Origin: Octopus bimaculoides
Lineage: Eukaryota
Direction: 5' to 3'
DNA length: 64,000 nt
Assembly (NCBI RefSeq): GCF_001194135.2
Contig: NC_068985.1
Coordinates: 101,405,282 to 101,469,281 of the forward strand
Shown: one piece after another, positions 55,197-64,000 of the stretch
Position numbering within the stretch: position 1 is the stretch's first letter
How the letters are laid out: each line of letters starts with the position of its first letter
Notes under the pieces: generated by a model
Databases searched by the model: none
Told to the model about the DNA's origin: nothing
Seen by the model: the letters and a program-made list of their open reading frames with translations, nothing else
Position numbers and translations under genes: made by a program

Positions 55197-55908
55197 ACAC
55201 ACACACACATAAATATATATATATATATATATTTATGCATNNNNNNNNNNNNNNNNNNNNNNNNNNNNNNNNNNNNNNNNNNNNNNNNNNNNNNNNNNNN
55301 NNNNNNNNNNNNNNNNNNNNNNNNNNNNNNNNNNNNNNNNNNNNNNNNNNNNNNNNNNNNNNNNNNNNNNNNNNNNNNNNNNNNNNNNNNNNNNNNNNNN
55401 NNNNNNNNNNNNNNNNNNNNNNNNNNNNNNNNNNNNNNNNNNNNNNNNNNNNNNNNNNNNNNNNNNNNNNNNNNNNNNNNNNNNNNNNNNNNNNNNNNNN
55501 NNNNNNNNNNNNNNNNNNNNNNNNNNNNNNNNNNNNNNNNNNNNNNNNNNNNNNNNNNNNNNNNNNNNNNNNNNNNNNNNNNNNNNNNNNNNNNNNNNNN
55601 NNNNNNNNNNNNNNNNNNNNNNNNNNNNNNNNNNNNNNNNNNNNNNNNNNNNNNNNNNNNNNNNNNNNNNNNNNNNNNNNNNNNNNNNNNNNNTATACAG
55701 AATATTGGCGATGTACCAGAAATAGCAGTCGATAATATACGACTTGATAGTAAAGCTTCACTGTAGATATATATATATATACTGGCAACATGCTTCCGCC
55801 CGGCGAACACAAAAGAACTTCATCTTAGCTGTAGAAAAAATCATTAAATAAATGTACAACCAAGATGTGGATAATCTAGGTCCTAGGTTTCGAACTTTCC
55901 AAATTACT

Positions 55909-56110
55909 TTTACTTATTTCAGTCATTTGACTGTGGCCATGCTGGAGCACCACCTTTAGTCGAAGAAATCGACCCCAGGATATATTCTTTTTAAGCCTAG
56001 TACTTATTCCATCTGCCTCTTTTGCAGAACCGCTAGGTTACGGGCAACTAAACACAGCAGCATCGGTTGTCAAGCGATGTTGGAGGACAAACACAGACAC
56101 ACATACTTAT
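55909..56110 (-). mobile_element. CORE-type SINE 3' half
   Basis: TTTCAGTCATTTGACTGTGGCCATGCTGGAGCACC is the reverse complement of the family tail. Confidence 0.88.
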
Positions 56111-56125
56111 ACACACACATAAATA

Positions 56126-56221
56126 TAGGGTTAGGGTTAGTGTTAAGGTTAGGGTTAGGTTTATGTTTAGTGTTAGGGTTGGGGTAGGGTTAGGGTTAGG
56201 GTTAGGGTAGGGCTAGGGTTA
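56126..56221 (+). repeat. Interstitial degenerate (TTAGGG)n array, ~16 units
   Basis: Direct reading; mix of perfect and variant hexamers. Confidence 0.9.
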
Positions 56222-56223
56222 AA

Positions 56224-57155
56224 ATACCTAATAGGAAATACCTAACATGAAAGCATAATAATCTCACTGAGAAATTTAATGAAATATTATCAGAGCCAGA
56301 GACAATGGCTGAATGACTCACGGAAGGCAAAACTATTCTATATCCAAATCCATTTAAACAACAAACCCACAAAATTACGTACCGATAACTCGTCCCCTTA
56401 GAATTTACATAATATCGCAGAGAATGAACAATTATTTGGAAGAAAACAACATGCTTTCAGAAGAACTAAGGGATGATGCAAGGGTTCATGAGGCTGTAAA
56501 GATCAGCTAGTGATCACTAAAGCTATATCTGGTGACAGCCGCAGAAAGAAGAAGTGTCTAAGTATGGCCTGAACACGTTCTCTCCACTTCTTCTCTGCTT
56601 GTTACTGACACATTTAACTGACATACTAAGTAGAAATGGATGTGGATACAACTATTACGGCACAGCAAACAACCACCTTTTATATATGTATGATCTAAGC
56701 TGCTACAAATGATAAACAGCTGGAAAAATTACTAGATTTACCAAAGAAATAAACATGAAATTTGACTTAGACAAATATGTCGAAGAAACATTGATAAGAG
56801 GAAAACTAGTTAATAGTAGCAATATCACACCAGATAAAGCAAATGAAATAAAACAATTAGACCAAAGCCACACATACAAATACTTAGCAATCAGTGAACT
56901 GGATAGGATACAACACACGCAAATAAAAGAAAAGATTAGAAAAGAATACTATAGATGAGTTAGAAATAGAGCTCAGTGCGAAAAATAAGATGATATGTAT
57001 CAACACTCTAGCCGTCCCAGTTATAAGTTACGGTACAATATTCTTAACTGGACTCTAAAGGAACTAATCACAATACACAGGAAAACAAGAAAAATAAGGA
57101 AAAGTTTTAGAATACACCACACAAAATCAGACATAGTAAGGTTATATATACAACC
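56224..57155 (+). mobile_element. R4/Dong-clade LINE RT relic, 5'-truncated and internally deleted
   Basis: FNEILSEPE..LTEGKTIL, GCKDQLVITKAI, NHLLYMYDL, MKFDLDK, YKYLAI, INTLAVPVISY, HHTKSDIVRLY; the QGD segment is missing. Confidence 0.92.
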
Positions 57156-57204
57156 AGGCACTCAGGTCTTCAAATTTGATTCCGTTATCCTTTTATTTTT
57201 TTAT

Positions 57205-57385
57205 ATTCTTTTATTTGTTTCAGTTATTTGACTGCGTCCACCCTGGTGTTCCGCCTTTAGTCGAGCAAATCGACTCCATGACTTATTCTTTTTTAGCTTA
57301 GTACTTATACTATCATTCTCTATTGCAGAACCGGTAACTTACGGGGACGTAAACAAACCAGCATCGGTTTTCAAGTGATGTTTCA
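57205..57385 (-). mobile_element. CORE-type SINE 3' half
   Basis: Homologous to 55909-56110. Confidence 0.82.
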
Positions 57386-59028
57386 GTGATTCCCGGTCAT
57401 TTCAGCAGTATTGTGTGCCAGCACTCTTCTCAAAAAGGACAAACTAAATGAGAAAATAATCTATTGCAATTCACGTCTACCTAATGCATAATTCCTTCAT
57501 TATATATTTTCTGAACTGAATCCTACTTAAATATCGATCATCGTAGCGCAATAGATTGACTATTAAGGATACTTGCAGAAATATCTAATCTCAATTTCAG
57601 AGACACATGATGATAAACTGTGCCACACTAAGAGGAAAAGCTTGAGGAACGTATTATCTTTTCGACTGCCAGGATATATAACTCAACACTGAAACCCAAA
57701 TCTGGATTCTTTCATTATAACCTTTCGAATAACACCAAAACGTGCTGAAAATGTGTTGTCCATTTTGGAGGGAAACGCTTACTCTGTTTCGTATGCAAAA
57801 TATGCCACGTTCCTATTTGTTCCCCATTGGAAACAGTTTGGGTAGCATTACCTTCCAAATTCACACGTTAACTCGGACGTGTACTCCTTAAGTCACATCG
57901 AAAGCACAAAATCTGTAGCTATATGTGATGTAAATAGATAGGCTGCCTGTAGATCAAAACTGCAGCCTTCGTATCTGTACTAGCAGAAGCCTGGAAATAA
58001 TAGGACGCTGTTGCCTTTTCAAGCAATCTCATAATATATGTCAATATCTCGTACTATGGTGGGTCGTGGACTGCGAAAAATAAGTATTTCTCGTTTCTAT
58101 ACACGATATGTGTCTAACAATTTATGGTATTGTATAAAGATGTGCTGGTGTGATTATAACAATGATGATTTTCAACGCTATTGAAAAAAATCTGGAGAAC
58201 CAATTATTCAAGTGACATGTATTTCACTTTTGCGGAAACGATTTTGCAGCATAAGTGTCAACGTTAACATCTTGCATGTGAAAGCGATTCAGCATAGAAA
58301 TGTTAGTAAAGAGAAATATAAAGAGAAATTTCCGTAAAATGTATCTATTTCAAGGCAGATACCGACCAGATCCTGACTCCTGACGCACACCTCAGTTCTA
58401 TTCTTCAATATGATGCATATTACACTTAATATCTATCAACTTGTAAAGTGTTTTGATACAAAAAAAAGAAACCTCTGCAAAATTGGCATTGAATATTAAA
58501 ATTAAGAGCCATGAATTATCTCAAAGAAATTGGCCATTTAACCTCACATATGATTTCGTACATACTAATTTGCAATAGTAATACCAGTACTAGAAGCCTC
58601 AACTGTGTGTATTTCCATCAGTCACATACATCAATCAAAGCTGATAGCAATGTTATCGTATTTATTTTTGACCATTTTGCGTGCTTTCCTATGTTATCTC
58701 ATATATAAGGGATCGGAAATTCTAAAGAAAAGTTTACTCCGTATAATCCCGTTAATCGCCTATATTTTAAGGCTTCTAATTAAAACTATATCTTTGAATT
58801 AACAGCACTTTCATGTTTAATCTCCGCTGTAAGAAAATCAGTCATGATTTTAACTATATACATAACGTTTATAATTCCATTTCCTTTGTCTATAATTCGA
58901 ATTCAGAACGTTATTAAGACAGAAGCTCACATACGTACATGCACATATACGCATACACACACACACACACACAGACGCACACACACACACACAGACACAC
59001 ACACACACGCATATATATATACACACAC

Positions 59029-59069
<41 letters not shown>

Positions 59070-59199
59070 TAATAGTTATCGCCAAGCCAACATGGCANNN
59101 NNNNNNNNNNNNNNNNNNNNNNNNNNNNNNNNNNNNNNNNNNNNNNNNATCGCCTCTAGCTAGCTATGTGACACACGAAACCTGTGTCCTTTATAATAA

Positions 59200-59237
<38 letters not shown>

Positions 59238-59394
59238 GTATGTATGTATATATGTATGTATACACACATGTGCATGTTTATATGTATATCTTTATATGAA
59301 TGGGCATCTATATACCTGGATACGGGTTGTTCATTTGTTATTGTGTTGCATTCATGATTTTAAAATTGTATTTTCGATTCCTATCGAGAAACTG

Positions 59395-59530
59395 CGTTCG
59401 TCAGAATAACACTTCATTTCAAGTTCACTCTGTTACTAAACAGTAGTGAACCTGCGATGGATATCCGTCCTCTGCAAAGGGTGGGGGATGTAAACGCCAC
59501 AGAATCCGGGAAACAGGCATTACCCTCCTG
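59395..59530 (+). mobile_element. SINE fragment
   Basis: AACACTTCATTTCAAG...CCTGCGATGGA...ACGCCACAGAATCCGGGAAAC resembles a SINE core and 3' end. Confidence 0.45.
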
Positions 59531-59689
59531 TTCAGGAATGAAATTTGATCCGTCCTAGTGTACACACACAAAACACATCCCACGGATATGCACACACACA
59601 TACAAGCAATTATGGGGACATACAAATAAGACACATCAATTAAATTCAATATATTAAATACATCAAATACAAAATATGTATATCTGTAT

Positions 59690-60175
59690 CCATGCAAAAT
59701 GAGAGAAAACAAAAGTCGCAAACTTATGCCTTTTTCCACACGTACACACAGCATAATGACAATCGGGATTGCTTCGCTGAGTTACGGCGCCGCTTATCTA
59801 AGCTACGTACCACATACAGGATACAGACCAGTTCAGTATCCTGAACTTGTGCGTGCACGTCTGCAACGCTCTAGTCCACCGATTCAGTTTCAAAAAAGAT
59901 CCCTCCAGACCAACAACATCCGGGCTGAATCGATAGCCCTACGCAACCTCCATCACCAGAACATCTGATAAGTAGCTGCACGTGGATTGTTGGGGGAACT
60001 TTGCTTATTTTACCTTATTTCTCTTTGGATTTTTCCCTTTCTGACGAAGAGCTCTGCTTAAAAAATTAACAACTCTCTCCTTACACCAAGCGTCAAATTT
60101 CTATATTTCTTGTTATATCGTCACGTTCGTTTTATTTCGTTTCCTCTCCGTTTTTTAATTGTATATATATATATC
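59690..60175 (+). mobile_element. Penelope-like 3' end with decayed hammerhead motif (~60036-60070), ending in (TA)n
   Basis: ORF remnant ending ...SGLNR* (PLE-type C-terminus), then CTGACGA-A-GAGC-tct-GCTT followed by AAAAAATT in place of GAAACGTT. Confidence 0.6.
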
Positions 60176-62848
60176 TGAAATGTACAGTATTATATTTCCA
60201 TCACCGCCGACCTTTCCAATCCGTTTCGCGCTAGGAGTACAACGGAGTGTTAGGTAACAATCCCAATTATATAACCTCTTCCTTTATCAGGGGTAGCTGA
60301 TATGGAATGAAATATGGACATATCTCATTTGGGGCTACTGTGAAAAGATGACGAAACGAAACGAGCAGGGGATTAAGTCAAGAATTATGTCCCTCGTTAC
60401 CGAGACATCGCAACTGGGTTGATTTCTGCAAGTCGATAATAGCTGTCTTGAAGTGTTTGTGGGAAATGAGCTTATCTTTTAGATTGGTGTTCTTGTGGAA
60501 ACGTTGTCTGTATAGTGGTACAACGTGTGTAAAGTTTGCTGGGATTTTAAGCCTACATAACTGTGTTCGCTAGTGTGTTTTCTTTCTGCATTGCTTAAGG
60601 CTGTGGTGGTTTCATGTTTGCATGCCACATCATGACTACAATCCGCAGTCCTCCAGCCTCGGCTGTCTATCAATACTCTTGAATCCCGCTAAGAGATTGA
60701 CTAGAGCATTCATCAACGCACCCATATACAAACACGCTTGCCCCAATGCAGCGGACACCTGACAAGTAGCCAATTTGTTCGACACCTACCAAATAGATTG
60801 TTTTCCCACCACGCCCAATTCCCACGCACATCTTGTATCCCTAAAAGCACCGCATGCACACAAGAAGTCCACACGACCTTAAACAATACAGAAAGAAAGC
60901 ACTAACGAACCTTGTTATGCACGCCTACAGCCCCTGCAAAATATATACACGAAACGTAGCCAATTTCCACAAGACCACGAATCAGAAACACGCTCACATT
61001 TCCCTCAAACAATTCAAGACAGGTCATAGTAACTTGCAGTATGACCAACCCAGTGGCGATTTCCCGGTTCCCAGAGACAAAACTCGTACTTTAATCCCCT
61101 ACTCGTTTCATATAGACATCAGATCGTATACCGGTACATCACTGCATTCACTTGTGTCTGTGTGCGTACGAACGTACGATTATACTTTCTATTGGAAACA
61201 ACATAATTTCAAATTAGCTTACCATTAGAGATAGTATCTCTCTTCTCCATTTCTTAGTATCAGTTATTTTCATTATTATAAACTTTCTCAGAATTCGTAA
61301 ATATAACCTATTTGGCACAATAATTGTAAATAAAAAGAATACAAAAATAATCATCCTGAAAAGAAAGCGAAACGCTATTGGTTGCCTGTTTTGTACTCTT
61401 TACTTTTAATTTTCTCCTTGCAGTAAATCGAGCTGCATATTTATTTTTTGAACTGTGTGTACATTTAAATAGACAGTAGTTTTGTCTCTCTTGGTCTCCA
61501 AATTATTTAAGGTTTTTCATTCATTTCTTTCGTTTTGTTTACCATCTTATTTAATTTGTCCCTTCGGTAATATATCTAAATTACTTTAGACTCCAAGTTC
61601 CTCGCTTGTTTATTTTTTGATATAAAGGATACCTTATTTTCGCCATTTTATTTGTTACTGCGCCAACAATATTTCCCATAAACACATTTAACATTGTAAA
61701 CTAGTAACCTTATTTACTCTCAACAAAGAATTACCAGCATTATATGATGTTTCAAAGCCTATTTTTTCCTGATATTTATTTGTGATACATTATAATAGAC
61801 CAATTCAGCAATAATTTTCATTTACATAAACTGCATTTTCCAGGTACGTCACAAAATGTAATTTCCAAAAAAATACACTTGGAGGCTTTATATAAAAAAA
61901 TATACTTCAAATATTCTACACTCTTTGTGCCTCTCCAAGTAGCGTCTCTTGACAAATGTCTTATAATAACATGTACAATATTGTTCTTATATTAAGTCTC
62001 CATGAGTAGAACATTCATACAAACGTCCAGCCTAAATTGAAAGCCTCGTTTATTTCTAATTGTTTTTGGCGAGTTTCTACGCATTTTTTCTCATTTCCAT
62101 ACGAATCGTGTAAGAAAGAAAATCTAAACGGATATCCCGTTGGAAACATGGAAATTGATTCACAAATTGGTATGTAAGTGTAAGCTAAAAATAAATTCCA
62201 TTGACTTAGAGATGTGTTAAAGCTGAAGGTTATGCAGTCCTATTTCACACAGTCGAAACGACATTCTTCTTATGAATGGGATATCCTAAGCAAAGAAGAA
62301 CGATACCTGTCCATACAAATAGTGGTTGTAGTTTATAATGAACTAGTGCTGTCTGGAAAATTTTCATTTTTTACAACTTGGAATGTTATTTGTGCTCTCC
62401 CAGTGCAGTTTTCAGCTGGAGGTTAATCACCGCGTCCGCATAGGACCTAAACTCTGTACATTCGAAGAGATATAGATTTGTGCTACACACACACACACAC
62501 ACACATTATATATATATAATCTTCAGCATATAAACTTTAGCATTTTTCTCATTTGAAGATAAAGAGCATTTGAACGAAGTGAATTTTACTATGTTTTTGA
62601 TGTTTTGATAATGGATTTAGTATGGTTGTATGCTATTCGTATACACTGAAAATTTTCGGTATATTTCTTGTATGGTTTAGAGATATTGGTTTCATATCGG
62701 CGGTAACTGCTAAGATTTTCACTGATTTTAGTTGTTTCTACTGTAATTCAGAAGCCAGAGTATTTGAAAACACTTCTTTCCCAAATTTATCAGCTTTGTT
62801 GCTTTGCATTTTTGTTGTATCGCACGTTCGACATACGATATAGCGGAT

Positions 62849-63150
62849 TATTTACAATTGATGTATATTTGTCCTCATCTTGGTTGTTGTTAACACAACG
62901 TTTCGGCTGATATAACTTCCAGGCTCCACCAAGTGTCTTGGGGAAATTTCGAACCTGGGTTCTCATTCTTAAGGTATTTTTCNNNNNNNNNNCATCTTGT
63001 TTGTTGTTAACAGAACGTTTCGGCTGATATACCTTCCAGGCTCCACCAAGTGTCTTGGGGTAATTTCGAACCTGGGTTCTCATTCTTAAGGTATTTTTCG
63101 ATGTTGTTGTTGTTGTTGTTGTTGTCGTTATTATTATTGTTATAATTATA

Positions 63151-63197
<47 letters not shown>

Positions 63198-63373
63198 AAC
63201 ATCGAAAAACACCTTAGTAATGAGAACCAAGGTTCGATATTTACCCAAGACACCTGATGAAGGCTGGGGGGATATATCAGCCGAAACATTGTGTTAACAA
63301 AGATGAAAACAAATATCCGTCAAATGTAATTAATGTCAATAATGTACATAATTCCTCATCTCTTAAATATAGG
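62849..63373. mobile_element. Fold-back, non-coding PLE-derived insertion with hammerhead motifs and candidate TSD
   Basis: Minus-strand arms 62849-62982 and 62993-63106, microsatellite spacer 63107-63196, plus-strand arm 63197-63373; flanked by ACGATATAGCGGAT (62835-62848) and ACGATATAACGGAT (63374-63387). Confidence 0.85.
63249..63295 (+). ncRNA. Minimal type I hammerhead ribozyme motif
   Basis: Stem I GACAC/GTGTT, core CTGATGA (63254-63260), extra A, stem II GGCTG/CAGCC, GAAA (63283-63286), C-AUU cleavage triplet; stem III palindrome imperfect in this copy. Confidence 0.75.
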
Positions 63374-64000
63374 ACGATATAACGGATAATAATAATCTCC
63401 TCGCAAATCGTTCTGCTCAAGATACTGGTAATAACCCTCGACAGCTTTACTCCGTTGAAGGCACTCAGCGTATTTCCATTTATATTGTGGCACAGTCCAT
63501 TAGAAGCCAACCAATAGGGGTGTTATACTTCTACGCAACAATTAAATGCGTACACACTCAAACTGTTCTATATACATGAATAAATTCTAAACAATAACAA
63601 AACTCTAAATTTAATCATTGCCAATTTATACAAACTACCTCTCTGTAACAACTGACCTTAAGACCTAATTTCTATTCCACTCGAAATCACACGTCCAGGG
63701 AGATTTTAACTCAACAGAGACAACATAATGAGGTGAATTTATCTTCCTTTTCGTGAACTAATTATTTGTTGCAGACACAAAATAATTTAGAAAATATTTA
63801 ACCTTTATATGAGTGGGGCCAACGAACCATGTTTTTCTTCTTTTTTTTTTGCATGTGCGATCTTCCCTACAAATTATATAACCTTATGGTGGGACAATAT
63901 AGTTATCAGTTATCTGGTTATAGGTTATATATATATATATATATATACATATATGAATAACTTATTTAGAAATGACTGCGTGGCGTTCAATCATATGATA

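Noticed and set aside
57607-57692. Possible box C/D snoRNA (ATGATGA...CTGA)
   Set aside because: No terminal stem and no recognisable antisense element or C'/D' boxes.
62915-62937. ADAR hyper-editing fixed by retrotransposition as the cause of the dead hammerhead core
   Set aside because: Only two A-to-G changes among several other substitution types; no clear bias without a consensus.

Overview
AT-rich, repeat-dense animal genomic DNA from a draft scaffold, with 13 N-gaps, most flanked by microsatellites. The tRNA/CORE-type SINE families, TTAGGG repeats and microsatellite load point to an octopus (coleoid cephalopod) genome; this is recognition from memory, not a database result. No intact protein-coding gene could be supported. 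The window is intergenic or intronic and holds decayed mobile elements: a CR1-clade LINE, several R4/Dong-clade LINE pieces abutting (TAA)n arrays, Penelope-like element (PLE) RT/GIY-YIG relics and pLTR fragments, a Ty3/Gypsy gag relic, a Tc1-like relic, Helentron-type non-autonomous elements, MITEs and many SINEs. The most striking structure is a ~0.5 kb fold-back insertion at 62849-63373. It is flanked by a 13/14-identical direct repeat (candidate target-site duplication), and its arms carry minimal type I hammerhead ribozyme motifs, one with an intact CUGAUGA/GAAA core. Two more decayed hammerhead-bearing PLE ends lie at 1794-1830 and ~60036-60070, and the first abuts a 178/179-identical inverted repeat. 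A few isolated exon-like segments with good splice signals hint at an unannotated spliced transcript, at low confidence.
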